Source: an uncultured virus (IMG/VR IMGVR_UViG_3300030000_000004)
Taxonomy: Duplodnaviria; Heunggongvirae; Uroviricota; Caudoviricetes
Strand: one strand, 5' to 3'
IMG/VR virus record: IMGVR_UViG_3300030000_000004
DNA: 64,000 bases
Part shown: positions 29,404-37,778 of the stretch, in pieces
Numbering within the stretch: position 1 is the first letter of the stretch
How the letters are laid out: each line of letters opens with the position of its first letter
Notes under the pieces: generated by a model
Databases searched by the model: none
The model's input: the letters and a program-made list of their open reading frames with translations, nothing else
What the model was told of the DNA's origin: nothing
Program-made: the position numbers and the translations under genes

Positions 29404-30526
29404 AGAGGCAATTAAATTTATTGAAGCCCAAATTCTTAGCGAAGAAGTAAATTATGCTGGAGAGTGGAATGCTGCAAATTATAAAAATGTATTTAATCGA
29501 TGGTTCAAAGAACTTATAGAAAAGTATCCAGATATGGAAGTAGAACAGATTAGTTCTAAGCAATGGGAAGCATACAACGGTCGTAAACAAGTAGGAAAGT
29601 TTACTGATCGCAATGGTGGAGAAATATTTGAAGGTTTCTTTGGTGATTTTACTAGCAAAGTAAAAGGATCATACAATGGTTTCCAAGCAACTAGACATCT
29701 TAATAAAGCTCTAGATGCTCAGAAAAACAATGATGATGAAACAGAAGAAAAAGAACTAAATAAGTCTAGAGAGCACGGCGATAAAGCTGATGCTGAAACC
29801 TTCAAACGTAATGGTGACTTCCACAAAACTAATATGTCAATGCCTCAACAGCAACAACGTATTAAAGACCTAAAGAAAAAAGGTCTTTTAAATGTTGAAG
29901 AAGGTTTCTCACCTTATAAAATTGGGGCAAAGGTGAAGATTGTTTCTGGTGAAAAGCATGTAATAGGTAAAGAAGGTGTTATCGCTGAAATAAGAAACGG
30001 TGAATCAAAGAATGATAAGACATTTACTGTTGATTACGACTTTGATGAAAAATCTGACAAACCAAATTTTGGTGCTAAATCTATTCAAGTCAAGGCAAAA
30101 AATATTAAGTTGATTAAAGAAAATGTGACTATCACTGAAGAAGAATTACCAGCGATAATGGAAGTTGTTTTAGCAGGAAAAGATGATAGAAAAGTTTTCT
30201 ACACTGGTACCAAAGAAGCTTGTTCAAAATTTATGGAAGAACATAAGTCTTTAAGTTTCGAAATGGTAATATCTGAAATGTCAATTAAACAAGAAGTTGA
30301 AACACATGTTCATGCTTTGCTTGGTGGCGACATTGAAAAGATTCCAGCCGTAAGTGATGCAACTCTTGATCGTGCAAGAGAAGAACAACGAAAGTTTATC
30401 AATAGTGCTGCTGGTAAATGGTTGATTAGTATTTTTGCAAATGGTAATAGTAGATTTGCTAGAGTGGAATCTCCAAATCATGGCGGAAATGAATTTTACA
30501 TAAGGAAGAAAAATGCTACTGCGTGA
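29393..30526 (+). CDS. Modular putative head-internal polyprotein with KOW-like module
   Basis: LSEE, IFEG, VEEG, IKEN junctions; YKIGAKVKIVSG...GKEGVI KOW-like motif. Confidence 0.5.
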   Translation: MNYKEAIKFIEAQILSEEVNYAGEWNAANYKNVFNRWFKELIEKYPDMEVEQISSKQWEAYNGRKQVGKFTDRNGGEIFEGFFGDFTSKVKGSYNGFQATRHLNKALDAQKNNDDETEEKELNKSREHGDKADAETFKRNGDFHKTNMSMPQQQQRIKDLKKKGLLNVEEGFSPYKIGAKVKIVSGEKHVIGKEGVIAEIRNGESKNDKTFTVDYDFDEKSDKPNFGAKSIQVKAKNIKLIKENVTITEEELPAIMEVVLAGKDDRKVFYTGTKEACSKFMEEHKSLSFEMVISEMSIKQEVETHVHALLGGDIEKIPAVSDATLDRAREEQRKFINSAAGKWLISIFANGNSRFARVESPNHGGNEFYIRKKNATA

Positions 30527-30731
30527 ACTAACAAATCTTAATGCTCTTAAGGAAGATGACGGGCAGCTATCTGATAGACCATCAGATAGCGATTTCCCTA
30601 AAGTAGTTGGAAAAGCTGGAGATTTCATAATCGAGTTAAACGAGAATGAACAGATAGCGATTAAAAATACTTCTGGAAAAGTTCTATTAACTATGCCAAA
30701 TGAAATCTGGAAACAACTAAAGAGAAGTTAA
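30513..30731 (+). CDS. Small putative head-internal protein
   Basis: MLLRELTNLNALKE N-terminus. Confidence 0.5.
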   Translation: MLLRELTNLNALKEDDGQLSDRPSDSDFPKVVGKAGDFIIELNENEQIAIKNTSGKVLLTMPNEIWKQLKRS

Positions 30732-30732
30732 T

Positions 30733-31716
30733 ATGCCAGATACCGCCCTTAAACATCTTTCGAAGAAAGCAAAAATTTCATTCGGACAAGCAGAACATTA
30801 CTGGCATGTTGCTAGTAATATTGTCAAAAAAGAATATGACGTGGATGAAAATGATGCTAAATATTGGGCATTGACAATGGGCATCGCAAAGAAAATGATG
30901 GGTTTAAAAGAGAGCTTATCTTTTAAGGATTTCTTATATGAAAAACCTGTAGATAAATTCCCAACGTTAACACATTTAGATGTTGAAGCCGCAGTCGAAA
31001 CGTTAAACACACATTGTAAAAATGCTATTTGGATGTTAGAACAGGATAGACCTTTTTATAGAGGTGATAAAGGTGGTTATGCACATGATTTAAGTATTCA
31101 TAGTGGTTTTGGAATAATGGATTCTTCTAAGACAGAAAGAGTCAGTCAAAATACATCTAATTACTATACTCTAATTTTTGATAATATTCCAAGTATGAAT
31201 GGATTCCCTAAACGTTCACGTTCATTTATAATGTCTAATGACCTTAGATATGCTAGAAAGTTTGTTAGTGGAAATGATGAAAAATTAATGGTGTGTATCC
31301 CATTTGATGATGCGAAAATAGGTATTGTTGGTAGTGAAGATATGTGGGACATAAATATAAGAGTATTTGGATCATTGAGAGATGTAGCTGATGTAAATGA
31401 TTCTTATGAAGATATTGGATTATCTGACACGAATTGGGAATCTTTCATTAATTTTGATAAGGCATTAAAAAATGATGAATCAGCGGCATTTGAAGATTTT
31501 AAAAATGCATTTGGTGAAATTAAAGCACAACAATTCAAACGTTCTTTCATTGAAGAAATAAATAAAGGATATGCACCAAGCTCAACAGGATTCATAAAAG
31601 GAAACACTTCATCTATAAAAAGTTACTCTAAAAACTCTGAAGTTTGGGTTGGAGGTAGAGTTCTATTAATGACAGTAGATATGTGGAATAAAATAAGAGA
31701 AAAATTTAATGCTTAA
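30733..31716 (+). CDS. ART-fold-like paralog 10 fused to an N-terminal ~60-aa helical domain
   Basis: Internal LKESLSFKDFLYE; FYRG ... RVSQNTSNYY ... PKRSRSFIMSN ... SEVWVGG. Confidence 0.55.
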   Translation: MPDTALKHLSKKAKISFGQAEHYWHVASNIVKKEYDVDENDAKYWALTMGIAKKMMGLKESLSFKDFLYEKPVDKFPTLTHLDVEAAVETLNTHCKNAIWMLEQDRPFYRGDKGGYAHDLSIHSGFGIMDSSKTERVSQNTSNYYTLIFDNIPSMNGFPKRSRSFIMSNDLRYARKFVSGNDEKLMVCIPFDDAKIGIVGSEDMWDINIRVFGSLRDVADVNDSYEDIGLSDTNWESFINFDKALKNDESAAFEDFKNAFGEIKAQQFKRSFIEEINKGYAPSSTGFIKGNTSSIKSYSKNSEVWVGGRVLLMTVDMWNKIREKFNA

Positions 31717-32497
31717 TTTTAAACAGTTCCTCCATGAACGCGCAATAGATTCAGAACCAAATTATAGTGAAGTTGAGGATGACATTCTTACTATCATGAA
31801 AACTCACTGTAGTGAATCAATGTGGATGCTTAAAAATAATACTCCTTTTTATAGAGGAGATAAAGGCGTGCGCTTTAAAAATGCTGATGCTTTCACCGTT
31901 GATACTTCTGCAACATTAAGAAAAAGTCAAAACACTTCTAATTATTACACCGTACTATTAGATAATAATCCGGTTAATAAAGACTATCCTAAAAGATCAC
32001 GTTCATTCATTTGTTCAACTAGCGCAGTCACAGCAGGTTATTTTGATGACTATAATTATTTTGTTGTTGTTCCGTTTAATGATGCTAAAATAGGTTACGT
32101 GGGAAGAGAGGATTTTTGGGATTTATCAATAGATTTTTTTGGAAAGTCTCGTAGAATATCTTCCATAAATGGATATTTTAGGGAATTAAAATTGTCTGAT
32201 GTTTCATGGGATTCATTTGTTGAATTTGATAAAAAATTGAAAAATGATGATGAAGAAGCTTTTGAGAATTTTTCTTTTTTCCTTAAAGAATTGAAAATTT
32301 ATGATGCAGAATCATATAGATATTCATTTTTAGAAGAAATAAAACGTGCATATGATTATAGAAAAATTGGACCAGAACATTTCACCCCAGCAAACTATGA
32401 ATATGATGGCACACCTAGTGAGGTGTGGATAGGTGGAAAAATATTAATGATTGCGCCATCCGTATGGAACCAAATGCGTGAGGATTTAAATGCTTAA
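31709..32497 (+). CDS. ART-fold-like paralog 11
   Basis: MLNFKQFLHE; FYRG ... PKRSRSFICSTS..TA.YF ... SEVWIGG. Confidence 0.6.
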   Translation: MLNFKQFLHERAIDSEPNYSEVEDDILTIMKTHCSESMWMLKNNTPFYRGDKGVRFKNADAFTVDTSATLRKSQNTSNYYTVLLDNNPVNKDYPKRSRSFICSTSAVTAGYFDDYNYFVVVPFNDAKIGYVGREDFWDLSIDFFGKSRRISSINGYFRELKLSDVSWDSFVEFDKKLKNDDEEAFENFSFFLKELKIYDAESYRYSFLEEIKRAYDYRKIGPEHFTPANYEYDGTPSEVWIGGKILMIAPSVWNQMREDLNA

Positions 32498-33299
32498 TTT
32501 TAAACAGTTCCTACAAGAAAGGCCCGTTGATTCAGAACCAAAATATCAAACTATTGTTGTTGATAAGGCTATAAGATTACTCAATGCACATTGCAAAAAT
32601 GCTCTATGGATGCTTCATGAGAACAGACCAATTTACAGAAGTGATAGAAAATTAACTCAAGTATTATCTGACACTGGAGTTGTTTCTTTAGACACGAGAC
32701 TGTCAACACGAAAGAGTCAGAACACTAGTAATTTCTATACATTGATATTAGACAATACACCCAGTAGAAAAGATTTCCCAAAACGAAGCAAATCATTAAT
32801 TGCTTCTACTAGAAGAAGTAGAGCAGAAGATTTTAGTGATGAAATTGTACATGCGATTATTCCATACGATGATACTAAAATAGGTTTTGTTAATCTTGAT
32901 GATATGTGGGATACTCGTATAGATATTTTTGGCGTTAGAAGACAGATAAATACTATCAATAAATTTTTTGAAGAAATGGTTGATGAAAATATGATTGATC
33001 ATACATGGGAGTCATTTATTAAATTTGATAAAGATGTTGATACAATACCGTCTTTAAGTAGAAAATTCAATAAAATCTGGAATTATGGGGAAGAAGGAAC
33101 AGATAAATACCCACATAATAATTTTCTTGAAAGTATTGATAAAGCTTATAGCCCAGATGAAACCGGACACACATGGGTTACTGCATCAACAATGCCGCAC
33201 CACTCAAGTTCAGAAGTATGGGTTGAAGGCGACTGTATCATTATGACAGAGAGTTTGTGGAAACAAATTAGAGCAGCTTATCATGAATTATCACAATGA
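32490..33299 (+). CDS. ART-fold-like paralog 12
   Basis: MLNFKQFLQE; IYRS ... PKRSKSLIAST...A..F ... SEVWVEG. Confidence 0.55.
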   Translation: MLNFKQFLQERPVDSEPKYQTIVVDKAIRLLNAHCKNALWMLHENRPIYRSDRKLTQVLSDTGVVSLDTRLSTRKSQNTSNFYTLILDNTPSRKDFPKRSKSLIASTRRSRAEDFSDEIVHAIIPYDDTKIGFVNLDDMWDTRIDIFGVRRQINTINKFFEEMVDENMIDHTWESFIKFDKDVDTIPSLSRKFNKIWNYGEEGTDKYPHNNFLESIDKAYSPDETGHTWVTASTMPHHSSSEVWVEGDCIIMTESLWKQIRAAYHELSQ

Positions 33300-33537
33300 T
33301 GAAAATAAACCTGTTAGGATGTTTGTTAATCTAACATCAGAGCGGGTCAACCATTATAATGACGTAATCGAATTTATGGTTCAGACTGAAGTTAGTAGAT
33401 GTAGGACTGAAGATAAATTTGAACCAACTCAATCACAAATTCAATTTCTAAGAAAAGAACTTTTACGTCATGTCACTATAAGACGCAACATTGAGTTCGC
33501 ACAGAAAATTAAAATTCCAAAATCTAGGGTTCTGTAA
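33283..33537 (+). CDS. Hypothetical protein
   Basis: ORF overlapping the previous gene. Confidence 0.5.
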   Translation: MNYHNDENKPVRMFVNLTSERVNHYNDVIEFMVQTEVSRCRTEDKFEPTQSQIQFLRKELLRHVTIRRNIEFAQKIKIPKSRVL

Positions 33538-33561
33538 CCTGTTTTTGTCCTGCTAGTAACC

Positions 33562-33569
33562 TATAAATA
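33562..33569 (+). promoter_or_regulatory. T4-type late promoter
   Basis: TATAAATA upstream of the terminase gene. Confidence 0.8.
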
Positions 33570-33624
33570 TTTTATCAGGTTATTAAAACGTACGTACGTT
33601 ATCCTGTAATACGAAAGGATAAAA

Positions 33625-35196
33625 ATGGCAGGCAATGAACTAATTAAACGCGCATTTACTGAATCTGAATATACTCCAGAGCTTATTCAAGAATTAATTA
33701 AATGTCAAAATGATCCAGTATATTTCATTAGAAATTATGTCTGGCTTCAACATCCAACACGCGGTAAAATCTTATTTGATCTTTATCCATTCCAAGAAGA
33801 ACTCATAAGAAGTTGTCAGGAAAATACTAGAGTTATTGCACTTATTTCCCGTCAGATGGGAAAGACGCAAACTATTTCCATGTTTTTGTTATGGCATGCA
33901 ATGTTTCATAGAGATCAAACAGACATTATTGCTTCTAAAAATAACAGCCATGCTATGGAAATTATGGATCGTATACGATTTGCATATGAAGAATTACCAC
34001 ATTGGCTGAAAGCAGGGTGCAAATACTACAACAAGCACAATATTGAATTTGATAATGGTTCAAGAATAAAATCTGAAGCAACAACAGAAAAAACCGGTCG
34101 TGGTCTCTCAATATCAAAGTTGTATCTTGACGAATTAGCTTTTATTTCACCTCGTATTCAGACTGAAATGTGGAGATCATTGTCTCCAACTCTTTCTACT
34201 GGTGGATCTGCTATTATTTCTTCAACACCTAATGGTGATACGGATTTATATTCTACTCTTTGGAGAGGCGCAAATTCTGGTGAGAATAATTTCAAACCAG
34301 TATTCTTCCCTTGGCATTTACATCCAGATAGAAAAGAAGATTACATCAAACAGATGCGTGGTGAATTGGGTGAAATCGGTTTACGACAAGAAGTTTTATG
34401 TGAGTTCATTTCATCAGATGCATTGTTGATGGATTCATTGAAACTTTCGTATATTAAATCTACTCCTCCTATTACACAGAACATGGGGTTCAGTTTCTGG
34501 AAAGAAAATCTTGGTGGTAGAGGAAAATCATACTTGATCGGTGTTGACCCTGCTACTGGTAATGGTAAGGACTTTACAGTTATCCAAGTTATCGAATATC
34601 CATCGATGGAACAAGTAGCAGAATTTAGAAGCAACACGGTTCACATACCATTAATTTATGCGAAATTAAAATGGTTGTTTAAACTGTTGCGTCAACCCGA
34701 TGCTAATAGGGGTAAAGCTGAAATCATTTGGTCATTTGAACGTAATGGTATCGGTGAAGCATTGGTTGCGATGATTCAGAATGATGATTCAGCTGACGGT
34801 GGTATTTACCTTGATGGTGTAGAATTGTTCAATGAAAGCCGTTCAAATGATAGACTTGGCTGTTATACAACTGGAAAATCTAAACTTCTAGCATGTATGC
34901 AACTTAAGAATTTATTAGAAAGAGGAAGTGGCGGTATCAAAATTAATTCTGCTGCATTACTATTTGAATTACAGAACTTCGTTGCAACTAATAATACCTA
35001 CCAAGCTAAAGCTGGTTGTACAGATGATGCGATCATGGCAATGGCAGTTGTTATGAAAGTGTTAGCACGAGTAGCTTCATATGATGATGCTGCAAGAAAA
35101 TTAGTTTATGAATCAGTTGATCCAGATTCTGATATTTTACCAGAAGAAAATGCTGATCAATTTGATGGTGAACCAATGCCATTCATGATTGTTTAA
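33625..35196 (+). CDS. gp17: Terminase large subunit
   Basis: KC..DPVYF, LYPFQ, SRQMGKT Walker A, LYLDELAF Walker B, SSTPNG, GVDPATG.G.D, DDAIMA nuclease motif. Confidence 0.96.
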   Translation: MAGNELIKRAFTESEYTPELIQELIKCQNDPVYFIRNYVWLQHPTRGKILFDLYPFQEELIRSCQENTRVIALISRQMGKTQTISMFLLWHAMFHRDQTDIIASKNNSHAMEIMDRIRFAYEELPHWLKAGCKYYNKHNIEFDNGSRIKSEATTEKTGRGLSISKLYLDELAFISPRIQTEMWRSLSPTLSTGGSAIISSTPNGDTDLYSTLWRGANSGENNFKPVFFPWHLHPDRKEDYIKQMRGELGEIGLRQEVLCEFISSDALLMDSLKLSYIKSTPPITQNMGFSFWKENLGGRGKSYLIGVDPATGNGKDFTVIQVIEYPSMEQVAEFRSNTVHIPLIYAKLKWLFKLLRQPDANRGKAEIIWSFERNGIGEALVAMIQNDDSADGGIYLDGVELFNESRSNDRLGCYTTGKSKLLACMQLKNLLERGSGGIKINSAALLFELQNFVATNNTYQAKAGCTDDAIMAMAVVMKVLARVASYDDAARKLVYESVDPDSDILPEENADQFDGEPMPFMIV

Positions 35197-35209
35197 ATTC
35201 ACAAAACTG

Positions 35210-35218
35210 TGATATAAT
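35210..35218 (+). promoter_or_regulatory. Early/middle promoter, extended -10 (TGnTATAAT)
   Basis: TGATATAAT; the same element occurs at 3106, 40145, 53688 and 58295, each just upstream of an ORF. Confidence 0.6.
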
Positions 35219-35243
35219 ATATTCTCTTAATGAGAGGATAAAA

Positions 35244-35444
35244 ATGTTCAAATTTGTAGGATATCTAATTCGTAAAAACCCCGATGAGTTCTTTGCTGAA
35301 TTCTTTATGAACAAGGAAAAAGCAAAGAGGGTCTGTTCTAGTAACGGATTATCTGAAGATCAGATTGTGCAAATTTTCAATTTTGAAAAACAGCCAGTCA
35401 ATGAAGTTGCAGTGGATGAAGTAAAAGGTGAAGTTGATGAATGA
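35244..35444 (+). CDS. Hypothetical protein
   Basis: GAGGA RBS. Confidence 0.6.
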   Translation: MFKFVGYLIRKNPDEFFAEFFMNKEKAKRVCSSNGLSEDQIVQIFNFEKQPVNEVAVDEVKGEVDE

Positions 35445-35733
35445 TGGATTTATGGTGTTTTGGATTGACGGTGATTGTGTAACTCGATCACGACATTTTT
35501 ATTCTGAAAACATGACGTTAGCTCTTAAGCTGATGGACGAGTTGCGAAAGAATAGCGAAAACAGTTACGTGTCGATGGCAAGTCAAAATAGTTCTAGCAT
35601 CGGGAAGACGGGCGTGTCATCTGTTGAAGATGGTAAACTTCCCTCTGGTGAGGAATATGATTGGTCAAAAGCTGGCCGCGCTGGCAAGATGCGAAAACAA
35701 GATGTCCTAAAAATATTTCCAAAACGGGATTGA
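35437..35733 (+). CDS. Hypothetical protein
   Basis: ORF with S.GK.GV..V.DGKLP.GE.Y.W.K pattern. Confidence 0.6.
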   Translation: MNDGFMVFWIDGDCVTRSRHFYSENMTLALKLMDELRKNSENSYVSMASQNSSSIGKTGVSSVEDGKLPSGEEYDWSKAGRAGKMRKQDVLKIFPKRD

Positions 35734-35735
35734 TA

Positions 35736-35768
35736 TTTATCAGGTTATAGGTTATAATAACTCATCTT
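35736..35768 (+). promoter_or_regulatory. 33-bp promoter cassette, copy 1
   Basis: tttatcaggttataggttataataactcatctt, identical at 57256-57288; TTGATA-N17-TATAAT here. Confidence 0.8.
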
Positions 35769-35791
35769 TAAAATATTGGTGAAAGTTGAAA

Positions 35792-36091
35792 ATGAACAAT
35801 GTTATCGGAACAATTTATTCTTCTAGACAGTTTTCGTGGAACAGAGACACTAAGACTTTCTATGCTGACATCACTGATGTTCCACAAGTTCTCCGTCAAT
35901 TGTGGAATGATTCAATGGACTTAGGTTTTGGTTTAACCTCTGCAAAAACCAATCGAACTGTTTATTTTATTCTGGAATCCGTTCAGAAGTTTGATGGTGA
36001 CATTTTGACTTGGACGTTTGTTCCTAGTCCACTGTTGGTTAGTAAAAATCCCGGTCTCATCGGTCTCACCGTTGTTATTTTCAACGACTGA
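35792..36091 (+). CDS. Hypothetical early protein
   Basis: ORF right after the promoter cassette. Confidence 0.6.
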   Translation: MNNVIGTIYSSRQFSWNRDTKTFYADITDVPQVLRQLWNDSMDLGFGLTSAKTNRTVYFILESVQKFDGDILTWTFVPSPLLVSKNPGLIGLTVVIFND

Positions 36092-36100
36092 AAGATTATC

Positions 36101-36511
36101 GTGGAATACGAAATCATCGGACGGGGGTTACGCTATAAATTTTTGAGGGCTATTATGCCTTCAATCATTCGTCAATTAAGACTTGAACGTTGCAAGACTC
36201 CATTGGTGATTTCACTTGAAAAAGATTGTCCAGAAAGTGCTATTAGTGTTGATCTTGTTTTCGGTGTCATGATTGTTATCAAATCAACAGCACCCGTTTT
36301 GGATATTGGTCTCTCATTAGCACATGAGATGATCCATTTCAAACAAATGTCATCAGGTAAACTTCGTACCTTCAATGGTGAAAGATATTGGTCTGGAAAA
36401 CATTATTCAAAAGACATGCCTTACTTGGATCTTCCTTGGGAAATTCAAGCTTTTTCAAAACAAGAGTTAATTTTTCGTAGAGCTTTAGAGGAACATAATA
36501 CATGTGCGTAA
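36101..36511 (+). CDS. Putative zincin metallopeptidase
   Basis: LAHEMIHFKQ...G.L ... Y.D.PWEI.A. Confidence 0.6.
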   Translation: MEYEIIGRGLRYKFLRAIMPSIIRQLRLERCKTPLVISLEKDCPESAISVDLVFGVMIVIKSTAPVLDIGLSLAHEMIHFKQMSSGKLRTFNGERYWSGKHYSKDMPYLDLPWEIQAFSKQELIFRRALEEHNTCA

Positions 36512-36840
36512 CAACATTTCTTAGTGTTAATGAATTGAATATCCCAACCTCAAACAAAGAATTGAATTCAGTTCTTGATGATATTAGGAAACTCACAACA
36601 GAAAATTGGCAGGTTATTGAACGTCAACATACCACCAAACGTGCTTTTGGTTTCAAATCAGATGTTCGTTATTCGTATGAACTTTACAAGTATGTTGGTG
36701 GATGTGGACCATGGCAAATGATCAACTTTTATTGTGAAGGCGGTGAATCACTTAATTTGGTGAATTCTGCAACAGTGGTGATTGCATTTCTATATGGTTA
36801 TCTTGCTGGTTTTCATTCTGAAAGGATTTCAAATGTTTGA
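36502..36840 (+). CDS. Hypothetical protein
   Basis: ORF in tightly packed operon. Confidence 0.55.
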   Translation: MCVTTFLSVNELNIPTSNKELNSVLDDIRKLTTENWQVIERQHTTKRAFGFKSDVRYSYELYKYVGGCGPWQMINFYCEGGESLNLVNSATVVIAFLYGYLAGFHSERISNV

Positions 36841-37189
36841 CTTTTTTATGTTTCTGTTGTTTATGTTTAGTGTTATTGGTGCTGTGTGGTTTGTTATTTC
36901 TATCTCTATTGACCCAACTGAAAAATGGGGATACATTGGTTTGGGTGTATGTGCGGTAGTGTTTTCGATTGTTTTCTACTATCTAAGATTAGGTGCTGAT
37001 GAACGTATAAAACAAGAAGAAGCAGAAGTGATAAGTTGGACTAATAAAGGATGTCCCGTTTATAAATCTGAATGTGGTTCAAAGTCAAAATATGCATGTG
37101 AACGAAAAGCTGCAGTTGTTGGTAAGAATCAAGTTGGTGATATTTTTGTGGAAGCTTATGCAATGTGTCCAGAAAGGATTTCAGAATGA
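36833..37189 (+). CDS. Membrane protein (2 TM) with Cys-containing C-terminal domain
   Basis: Two hydrophobic helices; AAGGA RBS. Confidence 0.6.
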   Translation: MFDFFMFLLFMFSVIGAVWFVISISIDPTEKWGYIGLGVCAVVFSIVFYYLRLGADERIKQEEAEVISWTNKGCPVYKSECGSKSKYACERKAAVVGKNQVGDIFVEAYAMCPERISE

Positions 37190-37395
37190 GAACAGTTGTT
37201 TCGCGTATTGTTCCACATGGTAAAATGTGGTACTACGAGCTAACTACCTATGATGGTGAACCACGATATGAGCGTGTAGTTGGTGTTACTAACTCTCCTC
37301 CGTCATTTGACACTGCTGAAAAAGCTCTTAAAGCCGGTGAAACAGAACTTAACACAAACTACAAACCAATAAGGAATCGATATGACAGATATTAA
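37186..37395 (+). CDS. Hypothetical protein
   Basis: ATGA overlap with AAGGA RBS. Confidence 0.55.
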   Translation: MRTVVSRIVPHGKMWYYELTTYDGEPRYERVVGVTNSPPSFDTAEKALKAGETELNTNYKPIRNRYDRY

Positions 37396-37714
37396 GTATA
37401 TCAAGGATACAATTGAACAGGCATTTCAAGCTGCTAAAGACGCAACTGAAAAAATGATCACTGAAAATCCTGAAACATGGTACCCTTGTGGATTCGCCTG
37501 GGTGAGGATTAAACCAGCACGTGGAACATTTGTGAAAGCTTTGAAGGAAATGAAGCGAGGGCACACCGACGAATATGAGGGCGGATTCGTTGTTTACAAC
37601 CCAAGTGGCAACCATACCCAGTGGATGGATGCAAAATTTGCTGGTGCATGTGCATTTGCTGATGTGTTGAAATCTGCTGGGGTAAAATGTTACGCCCAAG
37701 CACGGATGGACTAA
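37382..37714 (+). CDS. Conserved-looking phage hypothetical protein
   Basis: CGFAWV ... Q.MD.K.AGA.AFA.VL...G pattern. Confidence 0.65.
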   Translation: MTDIKYIKDTIEQAFQAAKDATEKMITENPETWYPCGFAWVRIKPARGTFVKALKEMKRGHTDEYEGGFVVYNPSGNHTQWMDAKFAGACAFADVLKSAGVKCYAQARMD

Positions 37715-37778
37715 ATATCTTCTTCGCTGTTTGGTCCACAGTTTGAAGTGGTATATAATGAATTAACAGAAAAACACT

